A stretch of 63,584 nucleotides of DNA, filler included, from Perkinsus chesapeaki ATCC PRA-425 (Eukaryota > Protista > Perkinsozoa): assembly GCA_013115145.1 (NCBI GenBank). It is 8 parts of 8 records of this genome, joined end to end, with 100 filler letters (N's around TTAATTAATTAA, not from the genome) between each part and the next. Parts side by side here need not be neighbours in the genome. Positions count along the whole stretch, not along the records: positions 10,429 to 25,393 come from JAAPAO010000737.1; 7 more parts are not named here. One strand, 5' to 3'. The notes beneath the pieces are model-generated. The model worked only from the letters and a program-made list of their open reading frames with translations, was not told where the DNA came from and searched no databases. Position 1 is the stretch's first letter, and the number at the start of each line of letters is the position of its first letter. The position numbers were made by a program, and so were the translations under genes. This document shows, one piece after another, positions 10,429 to 24,554 of this stretch.

Positions 10429-13400
10429 CCTTTCTATTATATCTCCTCTTCCGTATCACTAGTAACATATTTCCTATCAAACTCCTTTCTATTATATCTC
10501 CCCCGAGAAGCGCACTTCTTCGAGACCGTATGGCTCTTCCGCATGGGATCTTTGTAGGTATAGAACAGAACAACAGTTAATAGCAGCAATGGAGCCACAG
10601 AAGGAGATAGGCCTCTTTAGAGTGGATGCTGAGGCATTCCAAAGGATACTTAAGCCTAATCCAGTAAAGTGTCTGGAGAAGCTTCAAAGGTAGTAGGGGT
10701 GGATGATGATGATAACGTGGGATATGTAATGAGGATATTTAAGGTATATACCTGAGATGGCAATGGCAAGGATACATGATCTATCGGAGCAGTTGAAGGA
10801 AGCTAATGAAAGGCTGGGTCATCTGCCGACCAATGTGGAGGAGTTTGTGCACTTTACTACGTATCTTGGTAACCTAGCGGGGACAAGTGGAAAAGGAGGA
10901 GAAGGAGTTAGTGAGGAGATAGAAGGTTAGTGTTTATAGGGTATTCAATAACAGCTGGTTGTCAGGGAAAGATACCAAGGAGGTTGATGAGCAAGCTTCT
11001 GCTGCTGGTGCTATGGTCCCAGTAGAGGAAGGGATGGCAGTTGATGAGAGCATAAGCCTTCAAGTGATGGAGGGTCGCCAGCAGGATGTGGCTGATCTTA
11101 TGGACTTGGTTAAAGAGTTTAATATTAAAATAACCACTAAGCAAAGAACAGCGTTTATGGAGCTCTCACAGACTCTCAGTAGTTTGAGGAATCAGATTGA
11201 ATTCTCACAGGAGAATACAGAAGCTAATATCAATAGGTTCATTAAGGTAAGAGAATCTTTAGGTCGACTTGGAGACATTTTGATCGATTTGTGGTATAGG
11301 AATTGGACCAGGAAATACCCTGCATGCTTGACTGTGTTACCAAGGGCTTTGACAAGTTGAAGGATGCTCAATTGAGTGATGAGTCATTGGCTTCCTTTAA
11401 AGAAGGTCGAGAGGGGGTGTTGGCGACATTGGATCAAATAGACGCTCATGTTGAGGCGGTATTGAAGGATTCTAAAAGGTAACTTTATGAGGTATCTTTG
11501 CTGGATATAATTGGTTTTAGGATTAATGATTACCAGGAGGCTTTGAAGGTTGAGGTCACACCATTTGAGAAGGTTGATGAGCTTAAGGTAAGCTCATCTT
11601 GAGAGCTGCATCGAAAGTTAGGAAAGCCGTTGTATTGTGGATTTCGCATTAGAAAAGCCGAATAAAAGTTTAATAAAATAATATCTATTCTTCCTTTTGC
11701 CCTTGTTCTCCTCCGTTAATATTGAACAGGTCCTGTTCAATAGTGTATCGCGTATGTGGAGGTCTTTGGAGGAATGGGAGCAGACCAGCGAAGAATGGCT
11801 ACAATGGCGATTCGGTCTGGTCGATGTTGATAAGATATCAAAGGAAGTTGCAGTGTACCAAAAAGTCGCGATGCAGAGTGTGAAGCAACTAGAGACCAAT
11901 GCAGTAGCCGTTGGCTTCACACGTAAGGTTACGGCCTTTAAGAATACACTACCAGTAGTTATGGCACTAAGGTAGTAGTCTACTACTATGGTTGTAATGT
12001 GATGATGATGATGATGCTGCCTCTGCCTCTTAGGAACTCTGCATTAAAAGAAAGGCATTGGACGGAGATACATGAGATTATTGGGGTTGAACTGGACCTG
12101 GAGAGTGATGAGCTAACATTAGGGGCATTGTTGGGTATGGGAGTTGATAAGAGCATGGAACAGATTCAGGAGATATCTGGACGGGCTGGAGCTGAACAAG
12201 TAGGCTAGTTTAACGGGCTCACATTTGCTATTTTTATTATATGTTCCTTCCTTTTAGTCATTGGAGGAAATGCTTGATAAGGTGAAGCGTGTTTGGGAGG
12301 ATTTAGAGCTGGTTGTGAATCCATATAAAGACAGCAAGGAGGTGTTTATATTGGTAAGCAGCAGTTTAGATATCTTAGCCCGTTATTCACCTGCTGTAGG
12401 GATCTGTTGATGATGTTATAACAGCATTGGAGGACTCCCTGGTCAACATCTCTACCATCTCTGGCAGTCGGTAGGGAGTTTTTACGCTTTTTCCATCAGA
12501 ATGTATTGTCGGCGTCTCTTAGCTTCGTTGGCCCTATACGGGATGAGGTTGAGGAGTGGCAGAAGAACCTTATGCTGTTCCAAGAGACTCTAGATGAGTG
12601 GTTAGCAGTCCAGAGGAATTGGGTGTATGTGTCACCCATGTCTCGATGAGGTGCAGTGGCCTCTTCAGATACCTCGAGTCGATCTTTAGCGCGGGCGATA
12701 TCAAAAAACAGTTGCCTATCGAATCGGCCAAGTTCATGGAGATTGATCAGCATTGGCGCAATATAATGAAGGATACTAACGATTACAGTGTGGCTTTGGT
12801 GGCGGCAACAAAGCCTGGACGTTTGGAGCAGTTCAAGGAGTTCAATGAAACATTGGATCAAATACAAAAGTCATTGGAAGAATACCTCCACTCCAAACGG
12901 AAAGCCTTCCCGAGATTCTTCTTCCTCTCGAACGATGAACTGCTGGAGATCCTCGCCCAAGCTAGGAGAGTCCAAGCAGTTCAGCCACACCTTCGCAAAT
13001 GCTTTGATAACCTCGTTAAGCTTAGATTTGGTACCGATGATGACGATAAGAATGCCGGTGGTGGGGCCTCCTCCGCGGGGGCGGGGGCTGCTGATATTGT
13101 TGGTATGATCTCCAGCGAGGGTGAGGAGATACCATTCTTTAAAGTATTGAAGGCTAGAGGGAATGTGGAGAAATGGCTATTGGAAGTGGAGGAGTACATG
13201 GTTAAGAGCATGCATGCAGTTATGAAGAAGGGATTTATTGATTACCCGGAACAACCTAGAAAGGAATGGGTCGCTGAAAAAGAGGCGCAAGTGGTGTCGT
13301 GTGTTGGTATGATAATGTGGTGCGCTGAGACAGAGAGGATATTACAAGGCAAAGATAAGGAGAAGGTGGTCGACTCTATGAGAATTTGGTACGTCTATCG

Positions 13401-16400
13401 TCTCGGTGCTTCAAGGGGGGTATGGTGACTATTGTGTCAGGTATCAACGGAATGTTACGCAGTTGGAGGAGCTGACTGATCTGGTGCGATCTAAGCTATC
13501 TTCCATTCAACGACGATCGGTGGTGGCATTGGTAACTCAAGATGTACATAATAGAGATATCATCGAGGATTTGGCTGAGAGTAATGTCGTATCGACTTCT
13601 AGTTTCAAATGGCAACAACAGCTAAGGTGAGTGGAGGGATGTTAGTGTTGGGTGTGTAATGGTAATTAGATACTATTGGGATGCGGAGGAAGATGATTGT
13701 ATAGTTAATCAAGTTGATGCTGTTATTCGTTATGGATACGAATATCAAGGAGCAACTACGAGGCTCGTTATAACACCGTTAACAGACAGGTAAAAAAACG
13801 CGAAAAGTTCCGATGCGGGGACTCGAACCCCGGTCGCGTGGGTGAGAGCCACGAATCCTAACCAGCTAGACTACATCGGATGTTGAATGAAGGTTACTAT
13901 TAGGCTGTTGTATCGCTTCTTTTTAGATGCTGGATGACCATTACCGGTGCGCTCCACATTAAGCTCGGAGCTGCCCCCGCCGGTCCGGCTGGTACCGGGA
14001 AGACCGAGAGTACCAAGGATCTCGCAAAAGCTTTAGCCAGGCAATGCGTTGTCTTCAACTGCAGTGATCAGATCGATTATAAAATGATGGGAAAGCTCTA
14101 CAGTGGAGTTGTTACTGCTGGTGCTTGGACATGCTTAGATGAATTCAATCGTATATCCATTGAGGTGAGCATCATCATCACCACACCTATGAGGGGGAGT
14201 GGCTCTTATTTAGGTGTTGAGTGTCATAGCTCAACAGCTATTGACAATCCGAGTAGCATTATTGAATGACCAACAAGAGTTCATGTTTGAAGGGTTCATG
14301 CTCCAACTTAAACGTGAGTTATCTGACACCTCTAGCTGCACTAATGCTGGACCCTTTTCTTCCTCAGCTACCTGCGGTGTGTTCATTACCATGAATCCTG
14401 GTTATGCTGGGAGAACTGAGCTGCCTGATAACTTAAAGGTCCTCTTCCGACCGATGAGTATGATGGTTCCAGATTACACTCTTATCGCTGAGATTATGCT
14501 CTTTGCAGAAGGTGGGTTCGATCCCGGCACTCGTCATTCCGCACATCGTCCTCTCAGGCTTTAGCACCGCCAAGAGGCTCTCTGGGAAGTTCACAAAACT
14601 TTATAAGCTCTCATCAGAGCAGCTCTCTAAACAGGATCATTATGACTTCGGTATGCGTGCGGTTAAATCGGTGTTGGTGATGGCTGGGAGCCTGAAGCGT
14701 TCGGATCCGGACCTTAATGAGGACGTGCTGCTTATTAGAGCTATGAGAGACTCTAACGTACCCAAGTTCCTGGCTGCTGATCTACCTCTGTTCTATGCTA
14801 TTGTTGGAGACCTTTTCCCGGGTGTTGAAGTGCCCTATATCGACTATGGTGTTTTGAGGGAGGCTGTTGATCACTCGGTGAAGAGCGCCGGGCTGCAGGT
14901 GGTCGACGCTCAAGCAAAAAAGGTTATTCAGTTGTACGAGACCTTTAATGTGCGGTTTGGTGTTATGCTTGTGGGCCCGACTACTGGAGGGAAGACAGTT
15001 ATCTATCGTACGTTGGCCAAGGCTTTAACAAAACTTAAGGAGGATGGCCATGCTGATGAGAACTACCAAACTGTACGATACGATGTGCTCAATCCTAAGT
15101 GCATTACAATGGGAGAGCTCTATGGTGAATTCAATGAGCTCACACAGGAATGGACAGATGGTCTCGGCAGCTCATTGATGAGGGCGAATGTTGCCGATGA
15201 AACTCAAGACTGGCGGTGGACGGTCTTCGATGGCCCTGTTGATGCTATCTGGATTGAGAGTATGAATACTGTCTTGGATGATAATATGACACTTTGTCTT
15301 GCTAATGGTGAACGTATTAAATTGAAGCCTGAAATGAGAATGCTGTTTGAAGTCCAGGACTTAGCCGTGGCATCTCCAGCAACAGTATCGAGATGTGGTA
15401 TGGTTTACGTGGATCCTCTTGATCTAGGTTGGAGACCTTTCGCCTGCACTTGGCTCTACAATCATCTACCTGAAGGCGCACCCTACACTAGTGGTGTACG
15501 AAGCAAGATCTGGGATCTCATGGAGAGGCACCTCGACCCTGCCATCGCCTGGATTCGCCGTAACTCCACTGAACCTGTCACAACTGTTGACCCGCAGCTT
15601 GTCTACTCCTTCTGTCATCTCTTTGAGGCAATCCTCTCTTGGGAGGCTTCAACTCGGCACGGTGCTGCAAGTTCTGATTGTGACACAGAGAAGAATCCAA
15701 TGGTCGACTTGCGTAAGCTCAACCCTTCTGACGAGGAGTCTGCCAAGTTGCTTGATAAGATAATTCAAGGAGCATTTTGCTTCGCCATGGCCTGGTCCAT
15801 CGGAGGATCTTGCGATACTAAAAGTCGCCAACTTTTTGCACAATACTGCGAACAAGAATTCGAATCGATATCCTTCCCCCGTGGAGGAAGCGTCTACGAT
15901 GGGTATGTTGACCTTAACAAGGGGAGTAGATTCTTACCATGGGAGGACCTTGTCCCCAAGTTCTCCTACAAGGAGACAGATAGCTACCTTCAACTTCTTG
16001 TGCCAAATGTCGATAGCGTTCGATTCTCGTATGTAGTTGATAAGATGCTCACACAACAGAAAAGCGTCTTCCTAACAGGAATGACTGGTGTGGGCAAATC
16101 AGTGATCCTCGGTAATCTGTTGGAGAAGATGAAGGTCCATTCTAAAGTGGTACCGGTGGCCATGACCCTTAGTGCCCAAAGCAATGCATCGAGAATACAG
16201 CTGACAATAGAAGGCAAACTCGAGAAGAAGAGGAAGACCCTCTTAGGGGCTCCTGTTAACAAGACCATTGTTATACTAGTTGATGATGTTAACATGCCTG
16301 CAGTGGAGGAGTACGGTGCTCAACCACCAATTGAGCTCCTCCGGCTCATGCAGGATCTTGGTGGCTTCTATGACAGGAAGAAGCTGTTCTGGAAGGATGT

Positions 16401-19400
16401 TGAGAATACCACCTTATTGCTGTGTGCAGCTCCGCCTGGTGGTGGGCGTAATGAGATGACTCCAAGGTTCACTCGTCACAGCATGGTCCTTTGTATGCCC
16501 AACACATCCAATGATGCCATGTCTGTTATATTCTCATCGATCGTCAATGGCTTCTTTACCACGTACAAGTTCAAACCAGACGTTCAGGCTCTGGTGAACT
16601 CCATGGTGGGAGGGACCATTGAGTTCTATGAAAAGATATCAAGTGACCTTCTTCCCACCCCTGCTAAATCGCATTATCTTTTCAACCTACGAGATGTCTC
16701 CAAGGTCTTCCAAGGAGTCCTCATGGCTCGGCCAGCCAGCTGCAATTCAGCAGACAAAGGCGTGAAGCTTTGGATCCATGAGATGTCTCGAGTGTTCTAT
16801 GATCGTCTTATAAATGAAGAGGACCGCAAGTGGTACGTGGACACTTTAATGAAGTTGGTTAAGGTGAAGTTCAGAGCTGATAATCTCCAAGCCTCCGACG
16901 TGTTCGGAGACACTCCTTTGATGTGGGGCGACTTCCTTCGGCCTGGATCAGATAATAAAGTTTACGAAGAGATCGCTGATCTGGCTAAGATGGCCAGAAT
17001 ACTTGAGGACTTTAATGATGAGTATAATCTTACCCATTCAACTCCAATGAATCTGGTATTCTTCAAGGACGCCATGGAGCACGTTGCTCATATATCTCGC
17101 GTACTACGGCAGGAGCGCGGCAATCTCTTGCTCGTTGGGGTAGGTGGTAGCGGCCGACAGTCATTGACCAGACTGTCGGCCAGCATGGCTGAGATGGGAG
17201 AGTTTGAGATAGAGCTTACTAAGGGATATGGAGTAGATCAGTTTAGAGAGGATGAGAAGGCCTTTTTGATGGGTGCAGGGTCAGCCGAGGGAAAACAGAC
17301 ACTGTTCTTGCTTAACGATACACAGATAATCAGCGAGACCTTTTTAGAGGATATTAACAACGTACTTAATGCAGGAGAGGTTCCAAACCTCTTCCCATCA
17401 GATGAGATGGACAGAATCATTGGCGACCTCAGACCAGTTGCGAAGGAGAATAACCGAAGTGAAGCCAAAGACGCGGTTTGGAACTACTTCATTGAGAGGG
17501 TGAAAGGCAATCTTCACATAGTCCTGGCCATGAGCCCTGTTGGTGATGCTTTGAGGATCCGAATGAGAATGTTCCCAAGTCTGGTAAACTGTACCACAGT
17601 AGACTGGTTCCACCCTTGGCCGGATGATGCTCTCTCCTCCGTGGCCACGAGGTTCCTGGAAAAGATCGAAGCACTGGACGATGCAATGAAGGCAAATCTT
17701 GCTCAGGAGTGTGTGGTGGTCCATCAGAGTGTTCTGAGGTGGAGCGAGGTGTTCCTGGAACGATTACGAAGGCACGTTTATTCAACACCTAAAAGCTATC
17801 TCGATCTCATCCATTTGTACACAGAAATGCTCAGCGAAAAGCGCGATGAAAAGATGCGTGTGCAAAAGAGACTGGTGGTTGGTCTGGATAAGCTAAGGGA
17901 AGCCAACTCGGTTGTCAGCAGCCTGCAGGAGGAGCTCACAGCTTTACAGCCCATCTTGGCCCAGAAGAAGGTCGAGACTGACGAGCTCATCATAGTGGTT
18001 ACAGAGGAACGAAAGAAGGCAGATGAAGTTGCTGCAAAGGTTGCCTCCGAAGAGGCTGTTGTGAGGGAACAGGCTGAGACGGTCCAAGCGATCCAAGCCG
18101 ACGCTCAGAAGGATCTAGATGTGGCGATGCCAGCATTGGAGAAGGCTATCAAGAGCCTCGATGCCTTGGATAAGAAGGATATCACTGAGATTAAGAGTTT
18201 TCCCAAACCACCAGCATTGGTGATGATGACGATGGAAGCTGTGAACACTTTATTGGGTACGATCCATCATGGTCTGGTTTATGTCAAGTGTTGGTGATTT
18301 AGGTGAGAAGCCTGACTGGGACACAGCAAAGAGGGTTCTGTCCGATAGTCAGTTTATGACCAAACTTAAGGAGTACGATAAGGATAATATACCACAGAGC
18401 GTCCTCAAGGTAATTAACCACTCCCACCGACACGGCAGGATTGTTTTGGTAGAAATTGGAGAAGTATATTGTAAAGCCCGAGTACGCCCCTGACTCTGTT
18501 GGTAACCAGTCCAAAGCGGCAAAGTCACTTTGTATGTGGACGCACGCTATGGATACGTAAGAGATACGCTTCTGTGATAATGAGGATGAGCTGTGAGGCT
18601 AGATACTCTAAGGTGGCTAAGACTGTTGAACCAAAGAAGAAAAGGCTTGAGGAAATGAACAAACAGTTGGCTGAGGCTACTGAGGCAGGCTGCTGCTGCT
18701 GCACTTGGAGAGCATCACTGTAACGTGGGGTCATGTTTAGATTCTAACAGGCAAACAGAACGATCTTAAAGCTATACAGGACAAGGTGGCTGCACTGAAA
18801 CAGAAATTGGATGATACAGAAGCGGAGAAGGACAGGTGACCTCGAAGGAATCTTTTAATGTCGGTTGCTATAATGTGTGGTTTAGGCTAATTAAAGAGGC
18901 AGAGCTAACTCAAGCTCGTTTGCAACGCGCTGAGGTCCTGACTGTTGGCCTGGCTGGAGAATCGGTAACATCTGCTTTGTCTTGGTGGAGACGACAGCTT
19001 GGTTAGGTCCGATGGAAGGAGACTGTTGAAAAGATGGATGCCGAGATTGAAGCACTCACTGGAGATGTGTTCCTCTCAGCCGCAGCTATTAGTTACTTTG
19101 GGCCCTTCACTGGACAGTAAGTGAATGACCTCGGGATGTCATCATCATTCAGCTGCACTTCACCATTAGATATCGTAGAGAGGTTGTCGGAGAATGGTTA
19201 TCAAACATGCAGCAGCTCGGTATACCATGCTCGGAGGCCTTCAGTCTTGTTGGTGTTATGGGCAATCCAGTACAAGTGCGAGAATGGAATCTTCAAGTAG
19301 GCTGCGTCTTACTTGTCACTCAACTCTTAATGCTGCCTCTTCCATTACCGCCAGGGCCTTCCTTCCGACAGTGTATCACTTGACAATGGTGTGTTGGTTA

Positions 19401-22400
19401 CCAGAGGAAAGCGTTGGCCACTTATGATTGATCCCCAAGAGCAGGCCAATAAATGGATTAAAAAGAAAGAAGGGGGTGGTGGCTCTACTGGCCAGTTGCA
19501 ACTACTTAAGCTGGGCAATCCTAAGCTATTGCTTATAGTGGAGAATGCCATACGTATGGGTAACCCATTGCTGATTGAGGATATTGGCGAGACACTGGAC
19601 CCTTCATTGGAGCCTGTTTTACAGAAGGCTGTATTTAATAATAACGGCAGACTCCAGATCCATCTTGGTGACTCGGATGTGGACTACAATCCTGACTTCA
19701 GGTGAGTGCCCCGCAGTGGCTATTAACCACCGCAACCTCGTTATGTGTATAACGATATTGATTATATAGCACTTGGTCAAGACGGATTAATCAAACAACC
19801 TTCAACATGTGATGCAGTAAAATTAATGAGTAAAAGGAATCCTTATTATAGAAATCACTGCAGTGCTGTTCGTATACCATCCTAAAATGCCCACTATAAG
19901 AGTTGACAACAGCAGAGCTGGGTTGATACTACCGCGATAGCGCTGTATTACGGTGTAGGAAATGATAATTCATCCTTAGGTTCTATATGACAACAAAACT
20001 GCCGAATCCGCACTACTACCCGGAAGTTTGTATCAAGGTAGGGCCTGGGTGGAAAGATGAGGAAGAGGAAGTGTTGTCGTACCTCAGGTCACCGTTATTA
20101 ACTTCACTGTTACTTTCGAGGGACTCGGCGAGCAGCTGCTCACTTTAGTGGTCGAGTCCGAGCTGCCCGAAGTGATGAGAAGGAAGACAGAGTTGATGAT
20201 GCAGCTGGATAAGGATAAGAAGACCCTTCAAGGGCTCGAGGATGAGATCCTCCGCCTCTTGAGTGAATCACAGGGCAACATTCTTGATGATGAGGTCCTG
20301 ATATCAACACTACAACAAAGCAAAGTAACAGCTAAGGAGATTGAAGAGCGGGTCGCAGATGCCGAGGTCGGTTTGATAGTGGTCTCATTACATAGCCATG
20401 TCCCAGGTCACGAAAGTCGAGATTGAAGCTGCTTGTAACAAGTACCTATCAGTGAGCGAGAGAGGCAGCATACTGTAGGCGGTTGTTGTTGCTGCTGCTG
20501 CCCTACTTTCCTGTCAAGTAGCATTTATTATTATTAGGTATTTCGTGGTGGCCGATTTGGCTAATATCGACCCAATGTACCAGTTCTCCCTTTTCTACTT
20601 TGTAAAACTCTATTCGAAGATCATGCTAACGACCCTGCTGTTGTTGTTAGGTGCGCATGTTCATGTACACCATCCACAATGCGGAAAAGTCTGATGATTT
20701 GGACACTCGCTTGAAGACTCTCATCACTGGTGAGCCTTCCTATGGAGCATAGTTCCCGTTAGACTTCCCTCTTTGTTAGACATTACCGAGTACGTCTTCA
20801 AGCTGGTTTGCAGAGGTCTCTTTGAAGTTCATAAACTTATATTCTCCTTCCTAATTCAAACACAGATAGACAGGCATGCCGGCCATATCCAGAATGCTGA
20901 GTGGGGCCTACTCCTCAGAGGTTGGAGGACTGTCCATAACCCTCGTCAGCTGTTGCATCCTTGGTGATCTCAGGTGTCGGCATCCAAGACGTGTCGGGTC
21001 GGCCAAACAACCCCGACGTGGATCTAATACCGGAAAAGCAATGGCAGTTGCTGTTCGCAGTCCAACAGCTTGTTCCGCAGCTAGGGGACATTTGCTCTCA
21101 TATTAATAAAAACATCGATCCTTGGCGGAGATGGTGCTGCGAGGAAGAGCCCCATCTTGTGGACCTCCCTGAGAACTATGAGAAAACACGTACGGTTCTG
21201 ACCAGTGCAGACGCGTCGAGTATTCTGGCGAGCTCAGGTCCAGCGCCGAAAAAGGCAGGTAAAGGAGGCGACGAACAGAAGGGCGAAAAAAAGGCGGCGG
21301 CGGCGGCGGCGGTGGCTGCAGAGCTGAGGTAACCTCAAGTGATACATGTGAATGGGATGCGTGCTGATAGTTACTTCCGCAAACTGCTAATTCTGAAGTG
21401 CCTCTGCCCCGAGAAGGTCCTCTTCGGTGTCGGTGAGTATGTTAAGCGAACACTAGGAGAGAAGTACTGTGTGTTTGCTACACCTATGATGGAGGAAGTC
21501 TTTGCTGATTCATCTCATACCACACCTATCATATTTGTGAGTCACTCAACAGCAGCATCAGCAGCAGCCGGGGCACTTCAAGCCAAATCCTCCTGTTAGG
21601 TGTTATCAACCGGAGCCGATCCAACCCAAATGCTATTAAGATTTGCTCACGCTGAAGATTACGAGTCTAAGCTCCACATTATCTCACTTGGTCAAGGCCA
21701 AGGACCACGGGCCCAAAAGCTGATGGAGAGAGGGTACGCCGTGACTAAGAGCTGTTCATCTTGGCAAGGCTTCCTTCAGTTACGAGGAAGGCCTATGGGT
21801 GCTCCTACAGAACTGCCATTTGGCTAAGTCATGGATGCCAACTCTACAGCGTCTAGTTGAAGCTATGGAGGGCAACGCTCTTATCAGCCATCAGGTAGAC
21901 CGCTCCTGGCCGCGCAGTGCCACAGTGTGTCCTTCAGTTCCGGCTCTTCCTCACGTCAATGCCTGCAGACTACTTCCCGGTACCTATATTGCAGATATCT
22001 GTAAAGTTAACGACTGAGCCTCCTAAAGGTGGTGACATTATACTACCAATGTTATAGACACGTCATGTCAGGGCTTAAAGCCAATGTTAAAAGAAGTTTG
22101 ATATCACTTGATGACGATACGCTCAACAAGTCCCGAAAGGCACCGGCCTGGCGAAGACTACAGTTCTCCCTCAAGTTGTTCCACGCAGTAAGTTTGGACA
22201 ACTCGTCTGTGTGAAGACGACTGCTGGTCAGGTCATCCAGGAGCGACGAAAGTTTGGCCCACTTGGATGGAATATCCGATACGAGTTCAATGACTCTGAC
22301 TTGGAAACCTCCACTGTCATCCTCCATAACATGCTTGAGCTCGAGGATGCCGAGATACCTTGGGACACCATCACATTCGTGGTTGGCCAGGTAGGCCCAC

Positions 22401-24040
22401 GCTGCACATGCTGCTGTCCCTCGTGATGATGAGTGATTCAGATCAACTATGGCGGACGAGTCACAGATGATTGGGATCGACGATGTCTGATGGCAACCTT
22501 GGGAAGGTTTGTGAATCCTGATATTATGGAGAAGGATAACTACTCCTTCTCGGCCAGCGGTATGGGGCCAATCAGCCACTTCCTGCCTGTTTCATTGCTG
22601 CCCTCAGGTGTCTATCGCCTACCCGATGGTGTTGATGAGATTGCTGTGTCTTCCTTCCGGCAGTATGTCGACTCCCTACCACTATCTGAGGTACCATAGA
22701 AGGGGCGTTGGAAATACCACTGTTGTTGGCAGGCACCGGAGATATTTGGTATGCACGATAACGCTAATATATCCTTCCAGCAGCAGGAGAGTGATGTCAT
22801 TCTCAACACAGTGTTATCGATTCAACCAAGGGAATCCGGTGGAGGCGGCGGCCGCAGTGCCGATGAGATCGTCTACGAGTTGGCTACACAAATGCTCGAG
22901 CGTCTGCCTGCACCAATAACAGAAGAGTCTGCATGTAAAGAGGTCTTCGCTGTCAATGAGCAGGGAATGATGGGGAGTTTAGGTGAGATGATTGGCGGAG
23001 CGATGCAGGAATTCAACTGCTTTCAGGCACTTGTCTTTCACAGGAAATGAGTCGGTTTAATAAATTAATAGGGAGAATGAAGAAGACTTTAACCGAGTTA
23101 CAGAAAGCTATAAAAGGTCTTATTGTCATGACGGCTGATCTCGATGCTATGTTTAGTGCATTGCAAAATAATTATGTACGACCTTTGACCATCTTAAGTC
23201 TACTACCGCCAACTTTATCAGATACCATCACTTTGGGAAGCTGTGGCATACCCCTCATTGAAGCCTCTAGCCTCCTGGTTTGAGGATATGATAAGTAAGG
23301 ATATTACAGCTTCTTAGCAGCCATTATAACTTCTTCAGGCCGAGTGGAGTTCTTCCGAGATTGGGTCATCAATGACCAACCTGTTGCCTATTGGATCAGT
23401 GCCTTCTATTTCCCCCAAGGATTCCTCACAGCAGTAGGCCCCAGTTCCTATGGGCTCCGCTTACCCTCCTTAGGTTTTACAAGCGTATTCGCGCTTCTAC
23501 ATGGTGCCAGTGGACGTCCTCGGCTTTGAGTTTATTGTCCAAGACTTCGACGATCCCCTCAATGAAGTGGATGAGCCACCGACTGAGGGATGTCTGGTTT
23601 ACGGTAGGCCATACTGCCCGGCATTAACTCTTCCGAAGACCTTCGTCTTGGTCAGGTCTGTATATGGATGGATGCCGATGGGACTATGAAGATATGGTAC
23701 TCGAGGACCAGGATCCAGGTAAAGACATGAGTAGTGCATCTCGTAGGCAGCAGACCTATTAGGTGTTATGTACGTGAATGCTCCAACAATACATTTCGTA
23801 CCGTGTAAGAACTACAAAGTGGATCCCGACCAGTACTCCTGTCCATTGTACAAGACCAGTGTCCGAGCAGGTCGGAAGCTTCTCGGTGCTGAGGACTTCA
23901 ATGCTTCTGTGATCTCAGGAACACTTTCTACAACTGGTCACTCAACCAATTTCGTATTGGCCATTGATATGGATACCAACAAGCCTAAAGACCATTGGGT
24001 CCTGCGTGGAGCAGCTTTATTGACCATGCTCAATGATTGA
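10429..24040 (+). CDS. DNAH6: Axonemal dynein heavy chain, DNAH6-like (inner arm), 5'-partial, more than 40 short introns
   Basis: [136 protein letters not shown]...[10 protein letters not shown]; stop 24038-24040. Orthologue assignment is from remembered motifs only. Confidence 0.95.
13808..13880 (-). tRNA. tRNA-Glu (anticodon CTC), antisense inside a dynein intron
   Basis: TCCGATGTAGTCTAGCTGGTTAGGATTCGTGGCTCTCACCCACGCGACCGGGGTTCGAGTCCCCGCATCGGAA: 7-bp acceptor stem, CGTGG/CCACG anticodon stem, T-loop TTCGAG, followed by T4 and T7 runs. Confidence 0.96.
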
Positions 24041-24554
24041 TTTGTCTATTATAGTTGTTCATCATTACGCCCACTCTTGAGTTGCTTACAAGTTGTAACT
24101 TACGCATTCTAAGATAGCATCAAAACGGGAGGAATTTACGCACGATTATAGCCGCGAAGCACAGAAGTATTAATAGTAGTTACAACAGCTAAAGTATCCG
24201 GGCACCGGGAACGTACTCCCACTGCCGAAGTCGAGTTTCCATGGAAAACATACTCGTTGGCTCCTCGGTTGATTCTGCAAGGGAGTCTGTCATGACGACT
24301 CTGAAGCTTTTGGTGCACGGTCGTGGCAGCAGGCGTCCAAAACTTAACCAACGTGTATTCCATGCCAGGATAATCTATAGCTACTGTAGGCGGTGATAGC
24401 TGCGTGCCTCAGGGATTCCCCCGCCTTTCCCTTCCTCGCTGTTCCCCGCCTATCGTCAGTCAAATATCCTTTACAGTGCTCTTGTGGTGCTAACGCACAT
24501 AGTTTACTAATCTCTCATCCAATTTGTGTAGCAGTCGACAAGCTTCACTTCTTC

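Noticed and set aside
19701-19980. Longer dynein intron as a possible snoRNA host
   Set aside because: A C-box-like tgtgatg is present, but there is no D box (CTGA) or terminal stem.
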